Shown one piece after another: positions 9,027-18,389 of a stretch of DNA of 64,000 nt. The position numbers and the translations under genes were made by a program. Every line of letters begins with the position of its first letter. Position 1 is the stretch's first letter. This stretch comes from a virus, in the IMG/VR virus record IMGVR_UViG_3300045988_137393; one strand, 5' to 3'. The notes beneath the pieces were generated by a model. The model was given only the letters and a program-made list of their open reading frames with translations, ran no database searches and was not told the origin of the DNA.

Positions 9027-9980
9027 TTAAATTTCAACACTATCTTTTAACTTTCTTACCTTAGAAGTGTCTATTTTAATGTAATATTTTTTTGTGACAT
9101 CCGTTCCAGAATGATTTAACATTGTAGACACATCTTCCAAGCTAACACCTTCATTTTTAAGCAAAGTGGCATAACTATGACGAAAATCATGAGGATGTAA
9201 TGTTGGAACGCCAATCATATTTCCGATCTTTTTACACCAGTCATTTAATGTACCACTTTGAATCGGCTTATTTTCATTGGTGTATGGAGTAATAAATATT
9301 CTTCCGTGGTCATCAATGTTATTATCTTTTCTGTATTGAATTAGTTTCTCAAGATACCCCTTAGTTTCTCTACTAAAACTTAACTCAACAATTTTCCCCT
9401 CTTTTTCAAGCACATTACTACAAATTCTTTCATCAAAATCTACTTGTTCCCATTTTAAACTGCCAATAGCAGTAACTCTTGCCATAGTAGTTAAAGAAAG
9501 AAAAGCATATGCCTGTAACTGAATATCTCCATATTCTTCAAGTTTTTCACGCATTAACTGCACTTGATCTTTTGTAAGATATGTTTGCACAGCGATAGGT
9601 TGACCATTTTTAGGTCTATCAATAAATTCAGTAGGAGATTCTACAATCAATTTTTTCTTACGAAGGAATTTGTAAAATGCAGAAACAGAAGACATAACTC
9701 TTTTTTGTCTTGCAACATTATTCCCTTGTTGTTTCCTCCAATAATAGTATTCTGTGATATCATCCTCTGTTGCTTCCAATACAGATAAATTAAACTGATT
9801 ATCATACATATAAATAAACCATTGTCTTAAATCTATATTGTACGCATTAATAGTATTAACTGATAAATCACGAATAGACATATCTACTTGATACTTTTGA
9901 AACAGTTTTAATGTTTCAGGATTTATATGTTCAAGTTTATCTTCATCATACATTACAATTCTTTTGCTTCGTTCTGCCAT
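9027..9980 (-). CDS. tyrosine recombinase/integrase (XerC/D-like)
   Basis: 317 aa; N-terminal SAM-like core-binding region, C-terminal HPHDFRHSYATLL ... LNHSGTDVTKKYY (H-x-x-R and catalytic Y); start moved to MAERS with GGAAG RBS. Confidence 0.85.
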   Translation of the reverse strand: MAERSKRIVMYDEDKLEHINPETLKLFQKYQVDMSIRDLSVNTINAYNIDLRQWFIYMYDNQFNLSVLEATEDDITEYYYWRKQQGNNVARQKRVMSSVSAFYKFLRKKKLIVESPTEFIDRPKNGQPIAVQTYLTKDQVQLMREKLEEYGDIQLQAYAFLSLTTMARVTAIGSLKWEQVDFDERICSNVLEKEGKIVELSFSRETKGYLEKLIQYRKDNNIDDHGRIFITPYTNENKPIQSGTLNDWCKKIGNMIGVPTLHPHDFRHSYATLLKNEGVSLEDVSTMLNHSGTDVTKKYYIKIDTSKVRKLKDSVEI

Positions 9981-10043
9981 TTTCTCACTTCCTTTCATAA
10001 CAAAAAGAAGCAGTAGTAGTAATAACTAAACTGCTTCATCAAA

Positions 10044-10922
10044 CTATTTTCCATTCTTCATCTGTATATTTTGTATATCTGATACTTTTCTTGGTAATTT
10101 ATATTTATCACACCATTTTCGTATTGTATTGTCTGTAACTTTATACATATCAGCAATATGAGTAAATGGTGTAGATCTTATTAATTTCTTTAAATTATCT
10201 CTTGAAATAATATTATACAATTTTTCTGTATTATATTTTTTGTAACAAATTTCACACATTGTTGATGTTGAATTCATTAAATTTGTTTTGCAATATGGAC
10301 AAAGAATTTTAATCGTTTTATTATTGCGTTTTGTTTTAGCATTCTCTCGTCTATACTTATGTAAGCAAGAAATACATAAGCCACTTTTATTATTTTTACT
10401 AATTTTTGTTCCACATTCTTTACATATCAATTTATTCTTTATTACTCTTTTATAGTTATATACACCAAAATTGTCCGTCATACTATGACAATTAGGACAT
10501 AATATTTGCAAATTTGATAATTCATTATTATCATGATCTCCGTCAATGTGGTGTAATTGCAGTTTAACAGGTTTTCCCATCCATTCAGATATATTACATA
10601 GTTCACATTTATTTTCTTTATATCCAAGTTCAATTAACTTATTTCTTAATTTATGACTTTGTACTTTAGTATTTCTATGTAATTTCGATTCAATATCATA
10701 TTCTGAACATAAAGATTTTTTCGCCATTTGTTGTTTATATACTTTTCTGTTTTCTTCAAATTTAGAAGTATTTAGTTTATATTCATTTATGATTCTTTTT
10801 AACGTATTTGTGCTACTTGATGAATTTATTCCTGCAGCTCTAAGAATTTCTGTGTATGTATTACTTGAATCGAGCAAGCTTTGTAATTGTTCAGGTGAAA
10901 AATTATATAATTTACTCGCCAT
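10044..10922 (-). CDS. HNH homing-type endonuclease with C-terminal HTH
   Basis: LQLHHIDGDHDNNELSNLQILCPNCH HNH motif, several CxxC pairs; start trimmed to MASKL (GGAGG RBS) because the longer ORF overlaps the tRNA-like gene. Confidence 0.85.
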   Translation of the reverse strand: MASKLYNFSPEQLQSLLDSSNTYTEILRAAGINSSSSTNTLKRIINEYKLNTSKFEENRKVYKQQMAKKSLCSEYDIESKLHRNTKVQSHKLRNKLIELGYKENKCELCNISEWMGKPVKLQLHHIDGDHDNNELSNLQILCPNCHSMTDNFGVYNYKRVIKNKLICKECGTKISKNNKSGLCISCLHKYRRENAKTKRNNKTIKILCPYCKTNLMNSTSTMCEICYKKYNTEKLYNIISRDNLKKLIRSTPFTHIADMYKVTDNTIRKWCDKYKLPRKVSDIQNIQMKNGK

Positions 10923-11008
10923 TATATTCCTCCAATCTATTAATTTATTGAAGGTAGAGATAAACTTTATGTTTATAATTCTCTTTATTAATCGAACAGA
11001 TTGACCTA

Positions 11009-11093
11009 GTCCTCCCACTTGGTAACGCTCCAAGCCGATCCGAAGACGACAGATTTACAGTCTGCCCCACATCTTTAGTGGTCTATGAGAGGA
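11009..11093 (-). tRNA. aberrant class-II tRNA-Tyr-like gene (GUA)
   Basis: 7-bp acceptor TCCTCTC/GGGAGGA, anticodon arm GCAGA-CTGTAAA-TCTGT, long variable arm with cUUCGg loop; but T loop AGCGTTA and D loop TAAAGAT lack TPsiC/GG elbow signatures and 3 extra nt precede the D stem. Confidence 0.4.
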
Positions 11094-11134
11094 TACAAAA
11101 AGAGTGTGCAGCATACACCACACACTCTAAATAT

Positions 11135-11809
11135 TTAAAAAATAAAATCAAGCAAATCAAATAATCTTCCAACCGAATTATATTCGTCAAAATCACTTAA
11201 ATCAATCGGCTTACTAGAATAAAATTCACGCTTTTCATATCCATTAACATCACTTTTAACAGAAGTAAATCCGTGAATTTTTCCGTTTTCATCTTTATCA
11301 AATGTAATATTTTTATGAGAATTATCACTTACGTCACTGCAACTGCAATTCTTACAATTACCATCACAATCATCGTCTACATCTTCAGCATCCTCACCAA
11401 TGTTGAATTCATGAATAATGCATCCAGAATCTTTATTGTCCTTGACAAAAGCTGAACTTACATCTCCATGAATAAATACAATGTCTGTCTCATCCATATT
11501 GATATAAGTATCACTTCCCTCATACTTGGTAGCCCGAACACATACATTCATTTCAGAATCAATACTAAGAATAAATGCATCATCATAACCGTCCAAATAA
11601 GGATCATTCAAATCGTTACAAGAAGCAAGTTTAAAATTCGTATTTTTAATAACAGAATTAAGAACATCTTTCATCACATCATACTTAGCCACAACTACAA
11701 TTTCTGAACAATCATCGTCATAATCTCTTGTACAAACATCCAGCTTGTCAAAAGTATCTGCTAAAAATTCAGCAAAATCATTTGTATCTGTAAAACCAAA
11801 TGTTTTCAA
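11135..11809 (-). CDS. hypothetical acidic, Cys-rich protein
   Basis: 224-aa ORF (TTG start, GGTGGTG RBS); DDDCDGNCKNCSCSD cluster; no family recognised. Confidence 0.65.
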   Translation of the reverse strand: MKTFGFTDTNDFAEFLADTFDKLDVCTRDYDDDCSEIVVVAKYDVMKDVLNSVIKNTNFKLASCNDLNDPYLDGYDDAFILSIDSEMNVCVRATKYEGSDTYINMDETDIVFIHGDVSSAFVKDNKDSGCIIHEFNIGEDAEDVDDDCDGNCKNCSCSDVSDNSHKNITFDKDENGKIHGFTSVKSDVNGYEKREFYSSKPIDLSDFDEYNSVGRLFDLLDFIF

Positions 11810-11830
11810 TATATTTTCACCACCTTAGAA

Positions 11831-12115
11831 TTAGAGCTGTTTTGCAGACTTTGACATCTTAAAGCAAATCTCATCATGCTGTGGAGTTACATATTCCTCA
11901 CCCTTGCGATCACCCATCATAATTTTTCCTCTACGCTCTGGAACTGTCTTAACCTTAAACTTTCCAAGTTTTCCAACTGCAACTGATTCTGCGTGATTTG
12001 CTGTTAATGTCTCTGTGATTACATCAGCAAAAGCATCAAGAATAACTGCGATGTCCTTCTGTGAAGCTCCCTCAACTTTATTTACTACTGCCTTTAATAC
12101 CTCGTTCTTTGTCAT
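11831..12115 (-). CDS. HU/IHF-family DNA-binding protein
   Basis: 94 aa from MTKNEV (AAAAGGAGAA RBS); ...DIAVILDAFADVITETL...GKLGKFKVKTVPERRGK... matches HU fold pattern incl. beta-arm R-x-G-x-N/K-P-like region. Confidence 0.8.
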   Translation of the reverse strand: MTKNEVLKAVVNKVEGASQKDIAVILDAFADVITETLTANHAESVAVGKLGKFKVKTVPERRGKIMMGDRKGEEYVTPQHDEICFKMSKSAKQL

Positions 12116-12153
12116 TTTAATTTTCTCCTTTTTTCTCAATTATTTATTTTTTT

Positions 12154-12196
12154 AATACAAAAAGAGGGTAGTGTTTCATTTGAGTACACTCCCTCC
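12154..12196 (-). terminator. rho-independent terminator
   Basis: Hairpin GAGGGTAGTGT / ACACTCCCTC (12164-12174 / 12187-12196) followed on minus strand by TTTTTG. Confidence 0.55.
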
Positions 12197-12321
12197 GATA
12201 CATACAATTGTGACAGCAACATCACAATTTCTATACAATCGGACTAATTAAAAGTAGAAAATTAGCCCAATTTTCATAGTTACTTATGCATAATATAAAA
12301 ACCAAGTCACTCGTACTTGGT

Positions 12322-13317
12322 CTACTTTGTCATGAAATTAGTAATAATTCTTGTCTTGGAATCAATAATGTCACCATTTGAATCCAATGCAAGATACATA
12401 AACCCGTTCTGATTTGGAATTATAAGTTTACCGTTGTTATAATCCAACTTATCCAAATCACACAAACAACCTTGCTCATACATTTTTATTCCACCTTGAG
12501 TAAAACTTCCTACTTTATGGGTATGAGCCATTACGATTCCAGTAAATGTGCGATCTACACGCAAGAAATAATTGACTGCCTTTTCTGTTGTTTTTAACAT
12601 ACCAGATGAATAATTTAATGTGTGACAGAAAATTACATTACCCTCTTTTATCCACCATTTTTTATCATAAACGATTTCAATATTTGAATCTTCAAACACT
12701 TCACGAATAGAAGAGTATTGTGTCTGGGTTTTATTTCTTTCATCATTAACTTTGAATCCATCGTCTACAATCATTTCTAGCGGATCTGTTGGAATGATGC
12801 CAAGTAATTCATTTGATAATCTATCAGAACAGTATCTTTGCATACGGTATTCATGATTTCCCATCACAAACATTACCTTTTTAGGTGTAGTCAGATTGAT
12901 TAAATCAATAATATACTGTCTTCCTAAAACAAGTTCTTCATCAAGATTTATTTTGAATTTTTTAGGAAATGCAGAACATGAAAAACAATCCAATAAATCA
13001 CCATTGACTATTAAAGTGTCTACAATTCCCTTATAACCTGAAAAAATATCAATAGGTAAATTAAACGGAATATGAACATCTGACACACATAAAATTCTTT
13101 CAGATGCACCCTCACAGTTGTGAATATAATTATCATACTCTTCATATCCAACAGCCTGTTTTCTAAGCTGATCTGGTGTAATGTTCAATCCAAGCATATC
13201 TCGAATTTCAATCCAATCCATATCTGTTTCCTTGCGCTTTTTCGCAAGACAACATCTCAATTTCCATTCAAAATCTGTTTCATTTTCTAATCTATGTAAG
13301 TCGATTATAATGTCCAC
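12322..13317 (-). CDS. calcineurin-like metallophosphoesterase
   Basis: 331 aa; motifs SDVHIPF, NGDLLD, GNHEY, FCHT, AHTHK in canonical order. Confidence 0.8.
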   Translation of the reverse strand: MDIIIDLHRLENETDFEWKLRCCLAKKRKETDMDWIEIRDMLGLNITPDQLRKQAVGYEEYDNYIHNCEGASERILCVSDVHIPFNLPIDIFSGYKGIVDTLIVNGDLLDCFSCSAFPKKFKINLDEELVLGRQYIIDLINLTTPKKVMFVMGNHEYRMQRYCSDRLSNELLGIIPTDPLEMIVDDGFKVNDERNKTQTQYSSIREVFEDSNIEIVYDKKWWIKEGNVIFCHTLNYSSGMLKTTEKAVNYFLRVDRTFTGIVMAHTHKVGSFTQGGIKMYEQGCLCDLDKLDYNNGKLIIPNQNGFMYLALDSNGDIIDSKTRIITNFMTK

Positions 13318-13327
13318 CTACTCTCTA

Positions 13328-13555
13328 TTACTCTTCATCAGACGGAACATCCAGCTCCTCATCTGTTTTTAATGCAACAGTAAAATCAATTACCTGATTC
13401 TTAAATGAAGTAAGCAGATCAGCTACCTTTACCTCCTGCTCCATATCATTCTCATCTGTGTATGTAATAGTAGTACAATCCTCTGAGAGTGTACCTGCCT
13501 TTACTGTTAATTTGTCTGTAGTTGTTCTTGTGAACTTTAATTTACTAGCTGCCAT
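13328..13555 (-). CDS. hypothetical protein
   Basis: 75-aa ORF with GGAGG RBS. Confidence 0.65.
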   Translation of the reverse strand: MAASKLKFTRTTTDKLTVKAGTLSEDCTTITYTDENDMEQEVKVADLLTSFKNQVIDFTVALKTDEELDVPSDEE

Positions 13556-13575
13556 TTTTCTTTTCCTCCATAAAA

Positions 13576-13887
13576 TTAAAAATTCCCACCAGAACGCTTT
13601 CTGCCAGGATTAAAATACATTTGTTTCGTTTTATTCTGTTTTACTTTGATATATTCACGAATATTTCTAATATAATTTTCATCATAACTCAAACGAATAT
13701 GTGATTCTAAATAATAACATCCACAACGAGTTGGAATTTTATTTGATAACACATTGTCTATAAGTCTATATGACGGATTAAGATTCGAGAGATGAGTATG
13801 CTTTTCTGTATCTTCTTGTCTACAGATACGATAGCCATTTTCAGTCTTGTCAATATAAAAACCTTTATATTCAATTCGATTTTTCAT
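13576..13887 (-). CDS. hypothetical protein
   Basis: ORF-track ORF, ATG at 13887 chosen over upstream TTG. Confidence 0.6.
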   Translation of the reverse strand: MKNRIEYKGFYIDKTENGYRICRQEDTEKHTHLSNLNPSYRLIDNVLSNKIPTRCGCYYLESHIRLSYDENYIRNIREYIKVKQNKTKQMYFNPGRKRSGGNF

Positions 13888-13896
13888 AGGCAAAAC

Positions 13897-14061
13897 CTAC
13901 TTAACATACTTATCTTCGATGTAACGCTTTCCACCACAAGTCTTGTAATATCCAATATGTTCGCCTCTGCGATCTACATATCCTCGTCTTGTGTTTCTAA
14001 TTATACCTTCGAATAATAATTTTTCAATTTCATTTTTTGAAATGTACTTAATAATTTTCAC
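13897..14061 (-). CDS. possible small protein (54 aa, GTG start)
   Basis: Open frame VKIIKYISKNEIEKLL...GGKRYIEDKYVK between two genes; weak RBS, below ORF-track cutoff. Confidence 0.3.
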   Translation of the reverse strand: MKIIKYISKNEIEKLLFEGIIRNTRRGYVDRRGEHIGYYKTCGGKRYIEDKYVK

Positions 14062-14099
14062 TTCTTTCTTGATTTATTTCCTACAAAGTAGGATAGTAG

Positions 14100-14174
14100 T
14101 TGGAAATGTAGGATTTGAACCCACGACCTCCTGAACCCAAATCAGGCGTTCTAACCAAACTGAACTAATTCCCA
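14100..14174 (-). tRNA. tRNA-Pro (UGG), U1:A72, second copy
   Basis: Acceptor TGGGAAT/ATTTCCA, D arm TAGTTCAGTTTGGTTAGAAC, anticodon arm CCTGA-TTTGGGT-TCAGG, T arm GTGGG-TTCAAAT-CCTAC. Confidence 0.8.
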
Positions 14175-15008
14175 AAATAAAAAATCCCATACCGAAGTAT
14201 GAGATCCTTACTTAATATGAGCTGAGATATTTGACTCAATACACTAACACTTACTGTGGTTGGACACAGTTTATCACACAAGCGATTAGCTTGTAGTTAG
14301 CAACAACACCGATTTTGACATAATCGGCAAACTCTTACCACAAAGTATTATAGATTTTCTTTCTGCACATTCTTCCTTGCGAGATTCATAGGTTGCAGCC
14401 TATTAGAGTTGCACGTACTTGTACTTTCTCATATAACACCTTGCGAGTGCTATATGTCACCATATTACAGGTGAATAAGTTGTTTTTCTCTTTGCGGTCG
14501 CACACACTTTTGCTGTTTTGTAATTTTCTTTTAAATATTATTTACCTAAAATAATTTGATTTCTTTCAAAAGTATGTACTTATTATGGACGATGAGGTGT
14601 ACATTTGATCATCCGTACCTTTTGAGTACAGCCCAATCATCACCATCCTGCTCGGATTGCGATCTCCTTACTTTTTGATTCCATCCCTGTTTTTCAACTT
14701 AAGAGATATTACCAAAATCCTACCAGCGGTTATACTTGCGGTATTCCCACCAATAGTACACAAATCATACCCACATTTCTGTGTTACTACAGTGCCTATT
14801 TCAAGACACCCACCAATCAACCATATTCGCCAACAGTTGTCCTTGAATAGAAGGTTGGGCGTAGATTTTATGTGTTTTCCGTTAAACTGTATTTCACAGT
14901 CGCAGCCTTATAATACGATAAGAACCACTTTATACATGTCGCCATGCTTATTTTTGAGATTTAACATCTCCTGATCCGAAACCAACCAGTCCTACAAAAG
15001 TAGAAAAG
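14175..15008 (-). ncRNA. candidate large structured RNA (b), ~0.83 kb between tRNA-Asn and tRNA-Pro
   Basis: No minus-strand ORF >=60 aa; local hairpins (e.g. CCGATT..AATCGG 14319-14337); CCTTGCGAG (minus: CUC-GCAA-GG, GNRA-type) at 14375 and 14439. Confidence 0.4.
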
Positions 15009-15081
15009 CTCTCCCAGTAAGACTCGAACTTACGACTTTCGCATTAACAGTGCGATGCTCTACCAGCTGAGCTATAAGAGA
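15009..15081 (-). tRNA. tRNA-Asn (GUU)
   Basis: Canonical: acceptor TCTCTTA/TGGGAGA, TAGCTCAGCTGGTAGAGC D arm, anticodon loop CTGTTAA, T loop TTCGAGT. Confidence 0.85.
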
Positions 15082-15756
15082 TTAAGAATTGTCAGTGACC
15101 ATACCACAGGAACTGTAGCACAGCCACCGATCTATAAGAAGAGGAGTACAATATGAATATGTACCAATCTTAGAAATGAACTTTAGAATTGTTCAGAACC
15201 GCCAATGAATTAGTAGCGATGGAATCTCTTAGATTTTATCAGTTCCCCAAATAAGCTGATTATCCGTAGGTTTACCAACCTAACATTAAAATTAGCATTT
15301 ATGGCTGCTTGCACCACATACATTGTCTCTATGGACTTTATTGCCTCAGTATGATACGAGATCTAAATCACTGTTCTGAATTTAATTTGTGTTATATTGT
15401 GTCCGTATAGAACGTTGTTCTAATGTCTTTCGACAATTATATATTCTCTGTTTTATCAGCCAAGAAAAGCTGATTTCATTGTGTTAGCCTTTCGGCACAG
15501 CCCTCAATCAAGAGGGCTTTTATTTTGTAGTAAAACACGTGTTGCATACTTTTATTCCGCATTTGCATATAAGCGGAGAGGATAGTTATGTTGGTATTGT
15601 ACGAAGTACACGCAAATTTACACTGTTATACATTGATAAAGCTTCATTGCCCACTTTCTCCTCATAAGTTCACTTAACTACAATCGTTGAAACCGTTGAT
15701 TTTACTAGCTTTTAGCAACACTAAAGCAATTAAGTCTGTACAAAAACTGTGCATTT
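15082..15756 (-). ncRNA. candidate large structured RNA (c), ~0.67 kb between RNAP-like gene and tRNA-Asn
   Basis: ORF-free; GCC-GAAA-GGC hairpin (minus) next to GCCCTC..GAGGGC stem (15508-15527); shares a ~50-nt module starting CCGCCAATGA (15199) with segment (a) (8697). Confidence 0.4.
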
Positions 15757-18366
15757 TTAACAGTTTTTTGAAAAACATTTTAGCAAATTTGATGAATTTA
15801 TACTGTATAATACCTTCATTAACAATGATTTATTTTTATTAAGGACAGAAGATATTGATTTTTGATTTCGAATTGAACCAGGAAGAATTTTAAAACAACG
15901 ATCAATCATCCAAGAAAACAACCCAAGATAATTCTTAGATATTTTAATTGATTTCACTTCATAAATCATGTCATCAAAATCTTTTCTAAGCAATAAATAA
16001 TCATCATTCTCTGCATCATCGTTTATTTCATATAATTTTAATGAATATTTTGCTATAATTTCCTCAACCTTTCTACAAGTACGAATATTACTTTTCATTT
16101 CATATTTAACAAAAAAATGACTCATTGGCAGAGTTGTATCTGTATTATGAAACTTCATTAAATCCAAATCGTATAAGTAATTCATAGGACATTTTAAACT
16201 TTCGTTTATGTATTTTTCATTAAAACCTCTTTTGATTATTTTCCAAAACGAAGGATAAAGATTTGTTTTAATATCCATATCATCTTTTATTCTTTTGATT
16301 TCACCAGTTAAGTCGATGTCGAATCTTCTCTTTGCGTTATCAATAGCGACTTGAGCCAAAACACTTAATATACATACATAGTCAACATACTTTTGGTCAT
16401 CAAAATTACATGCATATGTTTGAGCTATTTGAGCTAAGTTGCTTGATTCGCCAATATCCAACTGAGATTTTGCTAAATTATTGTCAATTCCAGCATAATC
16501 GTCCATTGATTTACCATATATATTTTTCTCTTTTGGAATGTTATTTTTGATGGTAGGATAATTTTGATAGCATTTTCTCGCATGTTCTACAATATCACAT
16601 TGATTTGTTGTATACCCACTATCGGAATCTTGATCACTTCCATTGTTTCTATCCTGAAAATCTGTACCATTCATATTTACTGCAACGCACTGTTTTCCAA
16701 GGTTAAAATATTTTTCAAGATTTTTATGGTATATATTGTGAAGATATGTAAGATTGTTTTTACTATTAAAAGGACTTCTAAAGAAAGCTAGATATTCACC
16801 ACTATTAAATCTTTCAGTGTAACATTGAATTGTATTGCTTTCAGCAAAAAATGTGTCATCATTATCAACGTCAGACTCATTTCCTGTGGCAGCATATAAA
16901 AGCATTGCATATGGAGATCCAACTATTACTAAATTTTCAGCATTTTGAATAATACGTCCACTTTTCATATTTAACACATATCCTTTAATAATAGCTTTTT
17001 TTCTGTCACGAAAATATGAACTCCTTACAAAATCTGGATTTTGATTACACAAAGCAATTAAAACTTCGTAATCATTTGAAAAGTTTTTATTCTTCTCAAG
17101 ATATTTCAAAAACTCAGAATTGTCTTGTTTGAGTTTATTGATATACTCAACACTTTCCTTTACAACATTTGGCATTATTTTTTCATCAAGAGAGTTTACC
17201 ATTTGGTAGCTCATTCTCTGAACTTCTCCAAGTTTACTTTCATGTGCAGTTTTCACAATACCAAACATACAGCCGTTTTCATAAACTCGATCACACCAAT
17301 ATTCATACGACTTATCAAATTTCAACCATTTCATAGCATTGTCAGTTGTGATCAATTCAATATCCTTAACAAAATGTTCTACTCCAAACATATCTTTTAC
17401 AGTAGCAGAATAGTAATTCTCTCCAAAATAGTCTTTGAAAAATTGCTGGATATTTGTGCTAAAAGCTGCCATTTTACAAAAATGATGTCGTAATAATATA
17501 TATCCATTTCCCCAACTTGGGAAGATACTAGAATCAATTAACGCCTGTCCGTCAAACATCGTGTTCTTCAACTCGTAATTATCAATGTGTTTTGCATAGC
17601 AATGTTTGTTTTCATCTGTCTCAATACTAACTACTTTAGTAAAAAATGATCTATCCACATCTTTTAATATTAAAATATTCTTGGGATTAATTTTGACTTT
17701 ACCAACGACGGCACTGGATATGAGAGGAGCATAAGCACTAATTTCGACTGTAGGAGAATTCCTTTTAGGAAGTCGAATGCCCATATACAAAAATTTAATT
17801 GCTTTTTTATAAAGGCGATCACATATAAACATACACGAGCCTTTTTTTGCTTTTCCTGTACTTCTGTAAAGCATTTTGTAATGAATAGTTTCTCGTTTTA
17901 TGATATCACCGTTTTTCTTTCTGGTAATATATTCAACATTTACACCTTCATTATAAAACAATGTTCTTATTTCTTCTTTTGTGTGTTTGTGATATTTGTC
18001 TTTGTTCTTATTTGCTTCCTGAAATAATTGTGAAAGTTTTTTACGTTTGTTCCTTTTCTTTTGAATCTGACTATTATAGCCATATGATTTTGCAAGCTTA
18101 TATTCAGTTCTCGCATCTCTTGCGACTTTTTGTAAATGTGAAATCTCTTCATCGTAAGAACGAGAACCAAAATTAAATTCCAAACAAATTAAATCTCGTG
18201 TAGATTCTTCTTTCCATACCTTTAATCCATTTTCATTTAAAAAGTCACTAAAAAGGCTATTGGTAAACATCGCATCTTTATACTCATAATGATCTCTGAC
18301 ACCATTATTATACTCATAAAGGGTGCTTGCTTCAATATTCTTTATTTTAATTCCATATTCACTCAT
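15757..18366 (-). CDS. YonO/RdRP-like single-subunit two-barrel RNA polymerase (candidate)
   Basis: 869 aa; LYRSTGKAKKGSCMF and FFRSPFNSKNN...(30 aa)...NGSDQDSDSG resemble the basic-loop and R-x-P...DxDxD metal-site signatures of YonO/cellular RdRP family; size and nearby HU gene recall SPbeta yonN-yonO. Confidence 0.55.
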   Translation of the reverse strand: MSEYGIKIKNIEASTLYEYNNGVRDHYEYKDAMFTNSLFSDFLNENGLKVWKEESTRDLICLEFNFGSRSYDEEISHLQKVARDARTEYKLAKSYGYNSQIQKKRNKRKKLSQLFQEANKNKDKYHKHTKEEIRTLFYNEGVNVEYITRKKNGDIIKRETIHYKMLYRSTGKAKKGSCMFICDRLYKKAIKFLYMGIRLPKRNSPTVEISAYAPLISSAVVGKVKINPKNILILKDVDRSFFTKVVSIETDENKHCYAKHIDNYELKNTMFDGQALIDSSIFPSWGNGYILLRHHFCKMAAFSTNIQQFFKDYFGENYYSATVKDMFGVEHFVKDIELITTDNAMKWLKFDKSYEYWCDRVYENGCMFGIVKTAHESKLGEVQRMSYQMVNSLDEKIMPNVVKESVEYINKLKQDNSEFLKYLEKNKNFSNDYEVLIALCNQNPDFVRSSYFRDRKKAIIKGYVLNMKSGRIIQNAENLVIVGSPYAMLLYAATGNESDVDNDDTFFAESNTIQCYTERFNSGEYLAFFRSPFNSKNNLTYLHNIYHKNLEKYFNLGKQCVAVNMNGTDFQDRNNGSDQDSDSGYTTNQCDIVEHARKCYQNYPTIKNNIPKEKNIYGKSMDDYAGIDNNLAKSQLDIGESSNLAQIAQTYACNFDDQKYVDYVCILSVLAQVAIDNAKRRFDIDLTGEIKRIKDDMDIKTNLYPSFWKIIKRGFNEKYINESLKCPMNYLYDLDLMKFHNTDTTLPMSHFFVKYEMKSNIRTCRKVEEIIAKYSLKLYEINDDAENDDYLLLRKDFDDMIYEVKSIKISKNYLGLFSWMIDRCFKILPGSIRNQKSISSVLNKNKSLLMKVLYSINSSNLLKCFSKNC

Positions 18367-18389
18367 TTATTATAACATCACCACCTTAA

